Below, one piece after another: positions 37,939-48,255 of a stretch of DNA of 64,000 bases. The DNA is from Promethearchaeia archaeon (GTDB lineage Archaea; Asgardarchaeota; Lokiarchaeia; Sigyniarchaeales; SOKP01): the NCBI GenBank assembly GCA_029856125.1, contig JAHQWJ010000014.1, positions 32,001-96,000 on the forward strand, given 5' to 3'. Numbering within the stretch: position 1 is the first letter of the stretch; every line of letters starts with the position of its first letter. The notes below the pieces were generated by a model. The model did no database searches and was not told where the DNA came from. It was given only the letters and a program-made list of their open reading frames with translations. A program made the position numbers and the translations under genes.

Positions 37939-38370
37939 TTATTGGCTTACTATGAGTTTTTTCTTATCAAAGTCTTCTGGATCCCCGCCTTCTTCTAGGA
38001 AATCTACAAAATTCTTTAAACATTTTAAAGTCAGCTCTCCAACCTTCTCATAGCCTTTTGCCAATTTTTCGCTATCCATATCAGCCCATAAGGTTGTTTC
38101 GACGATATCTCCTTTAGGTTGTAAAACATATCCCAAAGAATTCATGGTGCTATTCTTCATATGCCAAGTTGCGCTTTCATTTTCAACCTGTTCCCAACCT
38201 ACAATTAAAATATCTCCTATAGAAGATTTTAAAAAGAATTCTTCTCCTTCCTTTTTTTCTGTTATTTCATTAACACCAGGATTCCATTTTGTAATAATTT
38301 CAGCATCAATAAGAATATCATATATTCTTTTTGGACTAGATTTAATTTCAATTTTTTTTTCCATTCTCAT
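37939..38370 (-). CDS. SRPBCC/START-like protein
   Basis: IEIKSSP.RIY..L.D....KWNP pattern. Confidence 0.65.
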   Translation of the reverse strand: MRMEKKIEIKSSPKRIYDILIDAEIITKWNPGVNEITEKKEGEEFFLKSSIGDILIVGWEQVENESATWHMKNSTMNSLGYVLQPKGDIVETTLWADMDSEKLAKGYEKVGELTLKCLKNFVDFLEEGGDPEDFDKKKLIVSQ

Positions 38371-38615
38371 TTTAACATTACCTCTATTTGATTTTAGATA
38401 AAAGTGAGGTCAACATAATTTTTATACATTTGTGTTGTTATTTTGAAAATAGATTGAAGAAGATATTTTTAATTTTGAATATGTTATACATCAAAAAATA
38501 ATTAGGGTAAGAATTATAGTATCAATTAGTAATTTTTAAAATAGCAGATTTTTTATTTGAAAATTGAATTGCTGCTAATAAGTATAAGAGAATAGTTTTT
38601 TAGTGTGATTTACGA

Positions 38616-39599
38616 ATGCAAAAATTTATTTCAGACTACGATGATGATGATACAACTGTTTCTTCGAAGTATAATGGCCCGAAATTTGATGCCCATGTTC
38701 ATTTAGGGAGCATGAAAGGCATTCCTAATTTAATTAAGTACAGAGAAGAATTTAATATAAAAAGATCGGTCGGTATTGTCTGGGACGATAAGACTGATGT
38801 ATACGAGAAAAGATTTCCAGATAAGTTTGTGCTGGCAAAGTATTTTAGAAGTAAGCATATGTTTGCTGCAAATCCGGATTCTAAATTGTTAACAGATGAG
38901 ATAGAGAAAATTTACCAACAAGGATTTCCAATTGTCAAATTCTGGTTTGGACCGAGAGTGAGAGACTACGTAAAAGAATACTTCAAATTAGAACCAAAAA
39001 CAATTCATTTATCTGATCCCATTTTTAAATCCATATTCGCTAAGATGGAAGAATTGGGACTCTATTTATTAATTCACGTTAGCGATCCTGATCAATGGTA
39101 TGAGAAAGTGTATCAACCGGTTAGCCGATATGGTACAAAGAAAGAACATTTAGACGATTTTGAGGAGGTTTTGTCAAGTTTTCCAAATTTAAAAGTGCTC
39201 CAAGCACACTTTGGGAGTCAACCAGAAGATCTAGACCATTTATCGAGGTGGTTTGAGTCATATCCAAATTACTATGTAGATATGTCTTCAGCAAGATGGA
39301 TGGCACGAGAGCTTGGGAAGTATCCAGAAAAAGCACGGGAATTTTTCATTAAATATTCAGATAGGATTCTTTTTGGGTCCGATCTTGTACAGGATCGAAA
39401 CAAACCAGTTTCCAGCTATTATCGAACTCGTTATTTTACGTTTCAAGCAATTTTAGAGACTTCGGTCAGAGATTTACCTTTACCTTTTCCAGATCCTGAA
39501 AATAATAATGAAACAAAGATTAATGGGTTGGATCTTCCCTTAGATATCTTAAAGAAAATTTATTGGGAAAATGCGAATAAATTCTTAAAACTCTCATGA
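38616..39599 (+). CDS. Amidohydrolase_2 family protein
   Basis: DAHVH, IHVSDP, QAHFG, RILFGSD, KIY.ENA. Confidence 0.88.
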   Translation: MQKFISDYDDDDTTVSSKYNGPKFDAHVHLGSMKGIPNLIKYREEFNIKRSVGIVWDDKTDVYEKRFPDKFVLAKYFRSKHMFAANPDSKLLTDEIEKIYQQGFPIVKFWFGPRVRDYVKEYFKLEPKTIHLSDPIFKSIFAKMEELGLYLLIHVSDPDQWYEKVYQPVSRYGTKKEHLDDFEEVLSSFPNLKVLQAHFGSQPEDLDHLSRWFESYPNYYVDMSSARWMARELGKYPEKAREFFIKYSDRILFGSDLVQDRNKPVSSYYRTRYFTFQAILETSVRDLPLPFPDPENNNETKINGLDLPLDILKKIYWENANKFLKLS

Positions 39600-39609
39600 A
39601 CCTTTAGAT

Positions 39610-41319
39610 TTAGAGAAAAATCTCCATTCCAGGCGGAAGCCACGGTTTATAAATTCGCATATGATCTGTAAAGAAATTTGAGAAGCCGTTTTTTAAACAT
39701 AAATCTAACCAATGAAATACTACTTCTTGCCCATGTTTTTCTTTAGAAATTTTTCCGAACATATTACTCAAATAACTTCCGATTGTATTTTTATCCTCTG
39801 AAGGTATATCTGTTGCTTGGATATTTACTAAGATGTTTTCAAGTTGCACCATGTAAGATTTAAAATTTGTTAAGAGTTCTAATATTTTAGCTCTATCTTG
39901 AGGATAATCCTTGGGTTTATTGGTTAATTTACTAAACTTCCCAAGATTTTTCATAAGACCTTTAATGTTGTCTAAAAAGTGTGGTATATTTAACTTGACT
40001 AAATCTTGTTCCAGGTTCCTAGTTATAAAGGTATTCATTGTTATTTTATTGTAAAAATAAATAACTGGTAAAGAGATTGTTTTGTCAAACTGTTTAATTA
40101 ACGGAATTCCCATTGTATAATATCTTGCCTCACCAGTACCTGCAATATGTATTGCTGGTTTGATAGTTTTTGAAACTAAATATTGGCGTGATTCAACTCT
40201 GGGAGTAAAAAAAGTAACATGTTCAGATAGATCGGGGTTATTCTTTTCGAGACAAAAATCTATTAAATTTCCGCAATTATCGCACTCACACTTAACGTGG
40301 ATCATTGAGGTATAATCTTGCCCGGTTAATTCCAATCTTCTGCAGTTACACTGTTCATTCGCGCATTCATAAAAAAAGGGGACAAAATCAGGTCTAATCT
40401 CTCTTAAGGGAGGGCGAATATTATGCTCCATAAATTGATTTTTCAAATTGATATAAGTATCAACATACCGGCTTTGATTCTCTAATAGAGTTTCATAAAA
40501 TGGTGTTAATAGTTTCTTATATTCTATATCTGAAGCAGAAATGAAAAGATATCCTTGGTCAAAGATAACATTGGAAATTGTCCCAATTATGTTGATGAAC
40601 CAATCTGTATAGTTCTCTGCGTTATTGTGGGCTAACTTGATTAATCGAAGCGCTTCTTCTAACCGTTCTTCTAATAGCTTTTTATGCCAATTATCTTCTA
40701 TGCTGGAATTAATGGAATTACTGTATTTTTTTCTAATTTCTTGAAATTGCTCCATGAGATAAGACACAGATGGTAGCGGCAGATTTCTAATTCTCATACC
40801 AAGAAATTCCTTTTCTATTTCAGGTTTTATTGAAATTGAAAATCCATTAGGAGAATCGCTTTGCGAAAATTTAGTTTTTATTAATTCTGAATGGACCTTA
40901 TCATAATCAGCAACGTAAAAAATTGGAATTACGCTAGTATCAAGATTGGCGAAAGCTGCTCCGCAAGCAATTTTGTTAAAAAGAAACCTTTCACCACCTA
41001 AAAATTTTGGTTGATGCGAAACTTCTAAACTCAGACTATTATTATCGGTAAGAAAATTTTTCAAATGTCTCTTAGCTTTGTCAGTTAGTAGATTATATTT
41101 CTTATTTGTGTTTTCAAATATTTTCCCCATTGCTCCTTTTATTTCATCGCTATTTGGATCTTTTTTCGTTTCTCTGTTTACTTTCTTGGCAAGGAAAATG
41201 GCATCGCTCATAGATTGGGGTATAAGATCGTTCATTCCTTCAGAAATCCAAGATTTCTGTCCTTCTAAGGCATATAAGAGGTAATATTTTAATGGGTCTT
41301 CGAATTTATCGTTTGACAT
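39610..41319 (-). CDS. bshC: BshC-like putative cysteine ligase
   Basis: SHQP.FLGG, PIFYVADYD, YETLL, PFFY, GTGEARY; adjacent to bshB1. Confidence 0.6.
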   Translation of the reverse strand: MSNDKFEDPLKYYLLYALEGQKSWISEGMNDLIPQSMSDAIFLAKKVNRETKKDPNSDEIKGAMGKIFENTNKKYNLLTDKAKRHLKNFLTDNNSLSLEVSHQPKFLGGERFLFNKIACGAAFANLDTSVIPIFYVADYDKVHSELIKTKFSQSDSPNGFSISIKPEIEKEFLGMRIRNLPLPSVSYLMEQFQEIRKKYSNSINSSIEDNWHKKLLEERLEEALRLIKLAHNNAENYTDWFINIIGTISNVIFDQGYLFISASDIEYKKLLTPFYETLLENQSRYVDTYINLKNQFMEHNIRPPLREIRPDFVPFFYECANEQCNCRRLELTGQDYTSMIHVKCECDNCGNLIDFCLEKNNPDLSEHVTFFTPRVESRQYLVSKTIKPAIHIAGTGEARYYTMGIPLIKQFDKTISLPVIYFYNKITMNTFITRNLEQDLVKLNIPHFLDNIKGLMKNLGKFSKLTNKPKDYPQDRAKILELLTNFKSYMVQLENILVNIQATDIPSEDKNTIGSYLSNMFGKISKEKHGQEVVFHWLDLCLKNGFSNFFTDHMRIYKPWLPPGMEIFL

Positions 41320-41330
41320 CTTTATTTTAC

Positions 41331-42026
41331 CTACAATTTCAAGTTTTCAAAATCCACCATTAAATGTTCAAGGCTAATAAATCCTTCGGCGTATTTTACC
41401 CCAATTTGATATCCCAAATATCCAGCACGTTCCTTTATATAATCAAAAATTCTTAAATGCTTTTTATTATCAACGAACTGTGATTTATAGGCTTTAAGCG
41501 CATTTATTTTTTCTTCGATAGAATCAGAGATATCGATTAAAAAGTCCAGTTTTCGATTCTTGTCCATTAAATGTGAATGATCAAAATAAAATACATATTT
41601 AGGGTAATGTTCCGGATATTCGGATTCGGTTTTTGTTAGTTTTGCTTGAAATTTAGCGGCGTTTACAATCTGATGGCAAGCAATGTGGTCTGGGTGCCAA
41701 TCATTAGGGGGGTGGGTAATAAGAATATTGGGTTTATATTTTCTAATCACTTCAGAAACTTTTTTTCTATTCTCTATAGTATTTTCAATATATCTATTTG
41801 TCATGTCGAGAGTAATTCTTAGATCTAGATTTAAAATTTCAGAAGCTGCTTTAGCCTCGGCCTTTCTTTTTTCAACAGTACCGAATGGTGTGGGTTCCCC
41901 ATTTGATAAGTCTAAAACCCCAACTCTTTTACCTCTTTTCTTGTAATGGGCAATTGTTCCTCCACATCCAATTTCTGCGTCATCAGGATGGGCCCCTATT
42001 ACTAAAATATCTAACTCTGGCTTCAT
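41331..42026 (-). CDS. bshB1: PIG-L family deacetylase, BshB1-like
   Basis: Probable start MKPELDIL at 42026; GAHPDDAEIGCGGTI, LSNGE, HPDH, AYKSQF, YAEGF. Confidence 0.85.
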   Translation of the reverse strand: MKPELDILVIGAHPDDAEIGCGGTIAHYKKRGKRVGVLDLSNGEPTPFGTVEKRKAEAKAASEILNLDLRITLDMTNRYIENTIENRKKVSEVIRKYKPNILITHPPNDWHPDHIACHQIVNAAKFQAKLTKTESEYPEHYPKYVFYFDHSHLMDKNRKLDFLIDISDSIEEKINALKAYKSQFVDNKKHLRIFDYIKERAGYLGYQIGVKYAEGFISLEHLMVDFENLKL

Positions 42027-42036
42027 TTTAATCCTA

Positions 42037-42939
42037 CTAAGTTTCCAGTTCTCTAATTTGTGTAAATATTGCTTCTTGTATTTTTTTAAAGTTATATTTA
42101 TTAATATCATCCACACTATTGAAGTAATTTGAAAAAATTGACTTAAAAACATTAATATCTGTTTTTAAAGGAGCTTTGATGAGTGATTCAATTAACTGAA
42201 TATACTTTTCAATTCTTTCTTCTCCTTTCTTAAACAAAAAGCTATCTTTTGCATTTTTTAAAATTGCATCTCTATCTTTATATATTACTGGAACCCCTTT
42301 TTCAACAATTTTATATCCTTTTTTCTTTGCTTTAATCCAGATTTCGATGGGTATTTCGTAACCATTTACTATTAAATCCAAATCATTAATCGCACTACAT
42401 TCATATGCTTTTAGTCCACAAAAAGCATCTGAAATAGAAAATCCGAGTGTATTGAGAATTCCCGTGATGATCGCGTTTACAAGAAATCTATCTTTCCACG
42501 GTTTTTGCCAGTAATGGTTTGAATTTTTATATCTTGAACCAGAGATTATTTGCTCTGGTGGATTTTCAAGAATTAAATCAATAAACTTGTATAAACACTC
42601 TGGTTCGTGTTGACCATCCATATCGAACGATATAATCCACGGAAAATTCATTTCTTTAGCGTAACTAAAACCTCTTATGAGTGTATAACCATAACCTTTA
42701 TTTTCTTTAAAGTTAACAATATTAAAAAGGGAATCGTGATTGTTCTTATTTAAAATTTGCATGGTTCCATCAGTAGAACCATCATTAATGATAAGGATTT
42801 TCAAATTGAATTCGTTTCTTTTTTGCGAATTTTGTTTTACACGACGGAGATGTTCTAATATATCTTCAATGTTTTCCTCTTCGTTAAAACACGGGATTAG
42901 TAAAAGAATGTCAACTATTTTTTCAGAAATATCGAACAA
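42037..42939 (-). CDS. Glycosyltransferase family 2 (DPM1-like)
   Basis: IPCFNEE, INDGSTD, NKGYG, DMDGQH, SGSRY, DAFCGLKAY. Confidence 0.92.
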   Translation of the reverse strand: MFDISEKIVDILLLIPCFNEEENIEDILEHLRRVKQNSQKRNEFNLKILIINDGSTDGTMQILNKNNHDSLFNIVNFKENKGYGYTLIRGFSYAKEMNFPWIISFDMDGQHEPECLYKFIDLILENPPEQIISGSRYKNSNHYWQKPWKDRFLVNAIITGILNTLGFSISDAFCGLKAYECSAINDLDLIVNGYEIPIEIWIKAKKKGYKIVEKGVPVIYKDRDAILKNAKDSFLFKKGEERIEKYIQLIESLIKAPLKTDINVFKSIFSNYFNSVDDINKYNFKKIQEAIFTQIRELET

Positions 42940-43099
42940 CCAATCATACTTTATAAATCTTCATTGAAATAATACATCAAAATTTTTAGAATTGTTGATT
43001 TTAAGTTATAAAAATAATGAAAAAATTCAAAATTAGCGAGTAATTCACGCTGAAGTTGAAAGATAAATATTAAAAATTAAAGCGCCATTTTATCTCACT

Positions 43100-43609
43100 A
43101 TGAAATATTCAAAACAACATGCAGCAGTCTGTGGTCTTTATTGCCCGGCTTGTTCGATATTTATTGGAACTCAAGAAGATCCTCAGAGGCTTGAGTATAT
43201 TGCGAAACGGTCTAACAGCACTCCGGAAGAGATAAAATGTTATGGATGTCGTTCTGAGAAGAGATATATTTTTTGTGAGCAAGACTGCAAAATGTTTCCG
43301 TGCGCTCAGGAAAAGGGAATTGATTTTTGTGGAGAATGTGAAGATTACCCCTGTGAAGATATAAAAGAATTTCAGGCTAAAATGCCCCACCGATTGGAAC
43401 TATGGGAGGCTCAAGAACAAATCAAAAAGGTAGGATACGAGCAGTGGTTAAAAGAAATGGAAACGCATTACGCTTGTTCTGAATGTGGAACCATCAATTC
43501 TACTTACGATCCGAGATGTCGATCCTGTGGTCATCAACCGTGCAATCAGTATAATGCAATTCATGGAAAGGAGATATTAGAGTTCTTCAAAAAACCCAAC
43601 TCAAAGTAG
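43100..43609 (+). CDS. DUF3795-like Cys-rich protein
   Basis: CGLYC.AC, C.GC, C...KGIDFCGEC..YPC, C-terminal CxxC pairs. Confidence 0.8.
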   Translation: MKYSKQHAAVCGLYCPACSIFIGTQEDPQRLEYIAKRSNSTPEEIKCYGCRSEKRYIFCEQDCKMFPCAQEKGIDFCGECEDYPCEDIKEFQAKMPHRLELWEAQEQIKKVGYEQWLKEMETHYACSECGTINSTYDPRCRSCGHQPCNQYNAIHGKEILEFFKKPNSK

Positions 43610-43641
43610 CGGAAAGGTACCCTTTTTCTTTATTATAATCT

Positions 43642-44331
43642 TCATTTAGATTTGATCAAAAATCCTTTAAGGACTAAGAGGGCTCCAATATCTATAATAA
43701 TTAACGCTAGAATCTCCATCACAATTAACGAGAGCAATCCCCCTGTTAAATTGATAACAAGTCCAAATAAAAATATAATTACTCCTAATGAAAACCATTT
43801 TATTCTTTTTTTGGTTTCGCCTTCTATTTTTCTGTTAATTACGATATATCTATAAACAGCATATATGGCTATTAATATCCGAATGGTATTCACAAAAATT
43901 AACAAACCGGGAGGAGTATGGGTATTGACTATACCAAGAGCGTAATCACTCATATCTAAATACGGAGGTAAGATAAAATATCCAATGCTCATGATAAAGA
44001 ATAAAATTAGCATGGTTCCTAAATACTTCAAGCTCATGGCAATCTTGGTGTGCTTTTCTAACACGAAGAGTGTCATCGGGAGGGAAATTGAGTTAAAATT
44101 AAAAAAGATATGGGCTGTTATCATGAGCGGAATAATAATATCCGAATTATTTAAAATTAAATGGTAAATCGCATAAATTAAAAATCCTAAGGATGAGGAT
44201 ATAAAGTATAAGGCAAACCATTTGTTCAACAAATCACTTTTGTTTAAAAAAAGAACCCGTAATCCAATAATTAGTGCGATAGCGGCTGTGATTATTGTCG
44301 TGATTATTTTTAGTAGATTTAATAGATCCAA
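43642..44331 (-). CDS. Stand-alone 7-TM membrane protein (HisKA_7TM-like)
   Basis: LN.WF.LYF pattern, about 7 TM, no output domain. Confidence 0.55.
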   Translation of the reverse strand: MDLLNLLKIITTIITAAIALIIGLRVLFLNKSDLLNKWFALYFISSSLGFLIYAIYHLILNNSDIIIPLMITAHIFFNFNSISLPMTLFVLEKHTKIAMSLKYLGTMLILFFIMSIGYFILPPYLDMSDYALGIVNTHTPPGLLIFVNTIRILIAIYAVYRYIVINRKIEGETKKRIKWFSLGVIIFLFGLVINLTGGLLSLIVMEILALIIIDIGALLVLKGFLIKSK

Positions 44332-44464
44332 ATTATGCAGACTTTATAATTAATTAATTAATTTATTTTTTTTATTGTTATTAGGCATTATATCCTATAT
44401 ATAATTACCTTTTCGATTATCAAGTAATTATAAATGTGGTAAAATTTTTAGTTAAAATCAAGGA

Positions 44465-44486
44465 TTTAAAACGCAAAAATTAAAAA
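44465..44486 (+). repeat. 22-bp direct repeat, copy 1 (BRE/TATA-like)
   Basis: TTTAAAACGCAAAAATTAAAAA; 21/22 identical to 45943-45964. Confidence 0.5.
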
Positions 44487-44624
44487 ACCTACCGGTAAAA
44501 ATAAGAATTTACTGGTTAATTTCAGTGCAATTTTTATATAATAATTTTACTAATGGATATTTAATCATTATCGCTGATTAGATTTGATAATGAAATTTGA
44601 GAGAAAATCAGAAGGTGACTGAAA

Positions 44625-45869
44625 ATGCGAAGAAAAATAGTTAATATGAAATCAAATGCAAAATCAAAAATAATAGTTTTTATGATTTTAGGAATTCTAT
44701 TCACTTTATCGCCAATAATGAATAGTAATTTTAGTTTTATAGCGGGTAATAACACCAAAAGTTTGGAATATAGCGATGCTATTGCTTTTGACAACGAAAA
44801 TTTGAAAACATCAAAAGTATCGGGGAAAATTTCTATTAACGGTAATTCTGGCTGGGCTAGTTTTAAAGCAACGGGAAATTGTACGGGCGAAGGGACTTAT
44901 TCAAATCCGTATGTTATTGAAGATTTAGAAATAGTTGGCGGAGGTTCGGGAAGTGGCATATCGATTACAAATTCTGACGTGTATTTTAAGATAAAAAATT
45001 GTACGATTTCTGGTTTTAGTAATGGAATCTCCTTATACTATACTAATAATGGAACTTTAATTGAGAACAACTGTTCAGATAACTATTATGGACTACACAC
45101 AGGTTTCTCTGATAATAACACTATTATAGGAAACATTGCGAGTGATAATACAAATAGTGGAATATTTTTAGATAATAGCACTACTCATATAGTTTCAGGG
45201 AATGATTGCAGTAGAAATACCGAAATAGGGTTATATATACAGAAATCTACTAATAATACTTTCTTAGAAAATATTGTATTCGACAATGGTTGGGTTGGAG
45301 TATATTGTGATGGTAATAGTAACACCATTTCTAAAAATACTGTAAATTATAATACTGAATGTGGAATATATTTAGCATTGTGTGATAGGAACGTCATTAC
45401 GGGAAATACTGCAAGCTTCAATGAAGAAAATGGAATAAGATTATATGAATGCCATTATACCAACATATCAGACAATAGCGCTTGGAATAATATAGATAAT
45501 GGTATTAATTTAGCGAATTCTAATCACAATACTGTTTCGGGAAACACCGCGAATAACAATACTGGGTCTGGGATACTCTTATCTTGGAGTACTGATAACA
45601 TTGTTTCGGAAAACGCCGCTAAACTAAATCTAGTAGGAATTACTTTAGAAGGGAGTAACTACAATACAATTTCGAAAAATAATTTAATTGGAAATAGCGA
45701 TTGTATTATTGAAATTGATTGTGAAGGTAATATTTTACAAAATAACGATTGTGTTGCTGACGATGGAATTCCTATCGAAATGATCATTTTAATTTCGAGT
45801 ATTAGCGGAGGAGCAGTGATAGGTGTAACAGCCATACTGTTAATTATCCGTAAAAGGAAAAGAATCTAA
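44625..45869 (+). CDS. Surface right-handed beta-helix (NosD/CASH) protein with a C-terminal anchor
   Basis: N-terminal hydrophobic segment, GT..NPY.IE, repeated N.I..N....N..GI.L units, C-terminal TM plus RKRKR; start may be ATG 44646. Confidence 0.88.
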   Translation: MRRKIVNMKSNAKSKIIVFMILGILFTLSPIMNSNFSFIAGNNTKSLEYSDAIAFDNENLKTSKVSGKISINGNSGWASFKATGNCTGEGTYSNPYVIEDLEIVGGGSGSGISITNSDVYFKIKNCTISGFSNGISLYYTNNGTLIENNCSDNYYGLHTGFSDNNTIIGNIASDNTNSGIFLDNSTTHIVSGNDCSRNTEIGLYIQKSTNNTFLENIVFDNGWVGVYCDGNSNTISKNTVNYNTECGIYLALCDRNVITGNTASFNEENGIRLYECHYTNISDNSAWNNIDNGINLANSNHNTVSGNTANNNTGSGILLSWSTDNIVSENAAKLNLVGITLEGSNYNTISKNNLIGNSDCIIEIDCEGNILQNNDCVADDGIPIEMIILISSISGGAVIGVTAILLIIRKRKRI

Positions 45870-45942
45870 TATTAAAAATTTCTTTCTATTTTTTTTTATT
45901 ATTTTTAAATAATTGATGCTCTTTTTTAGTGTCTGTCATAGG

Positions 45943-45964
45943 TTTAAATCGCAAAAATTAAAAA
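45943..45964 (+). repeat. 22-bp direct repeat, copy 2
   Basis: TTTAAATCGCAAAAATTAAAAA. Confidence 0.5.
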
Positions 45965-46075
45965 GATTGATGGCGATTTATTATGTGTAATTTATTTCTT
46001 CGAGTGAAGAAGTATAAATTAGGTATAATATATATATAGATCATCTTAATGAGATATATTAGGAGTAGAGCTTAA

Positions 46076-46858
46076 ATGATATCGTTTGAAGCAGAGAGAA
46101 ATCCGCCGTGGTTTTTTCAATATATTGAGAATTATTCGCATTTATTGTTGGATTTGAGATTTAAGACAGAGGACATCCCAGTGGAGATGTTAAACTTCTC
46201 GTTCGATTTAGAGATCCAAGGGTTTGAGGGTTTGATTTTTTACATTTACAAACCATCGTTTAATAGAATTGACTTCGACATTCTTGACCATAGAAACGAA
46301 ATGATTCACACCATAAAAGATCTATATATCAATGTGAAAGATTATTCTTCTTCTGACTCGTTAGATTTTATAATCATTCCATTTGGACGTTTTAAAGAAG
46401 ACCATAAATTTATTCCCGTGATTCGTAGTGGAAATGTCGTATCAAACTTTCAAACATTTACCTGGACTCCTTCGCTACTATTTAAAAATATTAAATCTGT
46501 TATTAAAATCTCTAATAAATACGAGGAAATAATCCCAAGAGAGTATTTTGATAGGTATTATTACCAATTTGATAGTTCCTTTAAAGGAAACAAAACGGAA
46601 TTTTTATTCAGCCTTATTAATCTTCTCGTTCACCTCGAGGAAATCCCTGATGTAGAACCCTTGGTTACTAAAATTAAAATGGTAATATCGAAAACAAACG
46701 AGCTATTGTTTGAATTAATCGAAAGATCGATTCCCTTAGAGATGATAAATCTCCTTAAGGAGATTGAAAGATTGAAATTTAACCTCGATAACTTATCAAA
46801 AGAAGAAATCTTTAACTGGTTGGATGATTTATTAACCTCGTACAGTGAGAAGATCTAG
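46076..46858 (+). CDS. Hypothetical protein
   Basis: 260-aa ORF with AGGAG upstream; no recognised motif. Confidence 0.65.
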   Translation: MISFEAERNPPWFFQYIENYSHLLLDLRFKTEDIPVEMLNFSFDLEIQGFEGLIFYIYKPSFNRIDFDILDHRNEMIHTIKDLYINVKDYSSSDSLDFIIIPFGRFKEDHKFIPVIRSGNVVSNFQTFTWTPSLLFKNIKSVIKISNKYEEIIPREYFDRYYYQFDSSFKGNKTEFLFSLINLLVHLEEIPDVEPLVTKIKMVISKTNELLFELIERSIPLEMINLLKEIERLKFNLDNLSKEEIFNWLDDLLTSYSEKI

Positions 46859-46925
46859 CTGGTTTTAAAACTCAGGGGCAAATTTTACTAATTAGATTAA
46901 AAGAAAAAAAGATAATTTATTGCAT

Positions 46926-47471
46926 CTATTTTTTAAATCGTTTAATTAAGGTAAGGACTAAAACAACTAAGAAGAAGATTGCCCCTACCAATAGAAAACC
47001 AAATTTTATAAATGCTGTTATCGAAGCGGTCAAGGGTACGAAAGATGCAAAGTTAGGAGTATCGTTAAGCATGATAAGGAGGTTGATATTTTCTACTAAG
47101 TCGAAAATTCCTGCGACCAAAGGCGTAAGGCTCATGTAAAGACCAATATCTACTATTTTACCACTTAATTTACGAGTAAACAGTAAAATTAACGCAAAGA
47201 GAGGCACAGAGTATCCTATGATATAGAGAAAGTCCCAGTACACTCCGTTAGCTTGTAAAATAATTCCGCTGCTGTCCCAATCTGCAAAAATAACTAAAAT
47301 TTGATCTTTATTCCAGGCGAATTCGAAATCAAGTATTCCATAGACAAAACCTGAATTTGCTAAGGGTTCAAAAACGAGCATATTAATAACTAGAAGAATA
47401 ATGATGCCGATTGCCGCTATTATTAATAAAATTAAATCGCTTGGAGTTTTTTTTAATTTTTCTAATATCAT
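46926..47471 (-). CDS. 4-TM membrane protein
   Basis: I.DFEFA, D..YI..Y, AG.FD..EN, IKF. Confidence 0.7.
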   Translation of the reverse strand: MILEKLKKTPSDLILLIIAAIGIIILLVINMLVFEPLANSGFVYGILDFEFAWNKDQILVIFADWDSSGIILQANGVYWDFLYIIGYSVPLFALILLFTRKLSGKIVDIGLYMSLTPLVAGIFDLVENINLLIMLNDTPNFASFVPLTASITAFIKFGFLLVGAIFFLVVLVLTLIKRFKK

Positions 47472-47653
47472 TCTAATTTCTCATGTTGTTGTAATATTAA
47501 ATTTAACTGTTTAATGTATTATTTACTGTAAGCAATATAAAGAATTCGCGAATGATTTAATGATTTAAAGAGGAACTAATCGAGTTATAATCATTAAATT
47601 TTATTAGACTCTAATATTACATAATGTAGTTAAATCGCTCCGTTAAATTACTC

Positions 47654-47896
47654 ATGTGTCTCGCAATTCCAGGTAAAATTGTAAGTATTGATGGGAATAG
47701 TGCTATAGTCGATTTCGATGGAATAAAACAAGAAGTCATTATAGCATTGGTATTAAACCCAGAAGTAGGTAAGTACGTTATTATTCACGCTGGTTACGCA
47801 ATTGAACAAATGGACGAGAAAGACGCTATGGAGGCAATTGAAATGTGGAAAGAAATCTCTGAGGATCAGAGCCTCGATTTATCCGACATGTTATGA
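47654..47896 (+). CDS. hypC: Hydrogenase chaperone HypC
   Basis: MCLAIPG, VDFDG, YVIIHAGYAI. Confidence 0.97.
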   Translation: MCLAIPGKIVSIDGNSAIVDFDGIKQEVIIALVLNPEVGKYVIIHAGYAIEQMDEKDAMEAIEMWKEISEDQSLDLSDML

Positions 47897-47919
47897 TAAC
47901 AGAAACTTGTCTAAAAGAA

Positions 47920-48105
47920 CTACTTCTTCTTCTTATCTATGGTTGATAGTACTAAGTATTTTGCGTTTGAAATTATAGCAACACCAATGAAAAGTAAGAT
48001 TATCACATCAAGAAGTATATTCGCATTCCCAAACATCTCAACGACAAACGCAGTTATCAAACAGAACATTCCTAAGACAAGTAGATTCTCTTTTTTTTTA
48101 ACCAT
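47920..48105 (-). CDS. Small 2-TM membrane protein
   Basis: Two hydrophobic segments with basic termini; GGGATGAG upstream on the minus strand. Confidence 0.55.
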   Translation of the reverse strand: MVKKKENLLVLGMFCLITAFVVEMFGNANILLDVIILLFIGVAIISNAKYLVLSTIDKKKK

Positions 48106-48255
48106 CTTGATCTCATCCCTCCTTTTAGTAATTTTAATAATTTTTGGATTACTCCAATCAAGAGGGTCAAAATTACTTATTTATTGATTTCATATATAGA
48201 CTATATATGTTACAAAATTGGGAGAAACAAGGAACGCAAAGAACCTTATTTTCGT

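Noticed and set aside
42027-42152. 42-aa N-terminal extension of bshB1 in the ORF track
   Set aside because: It overlaps the GT2 3' end, and family similarity starts at Met 42026.
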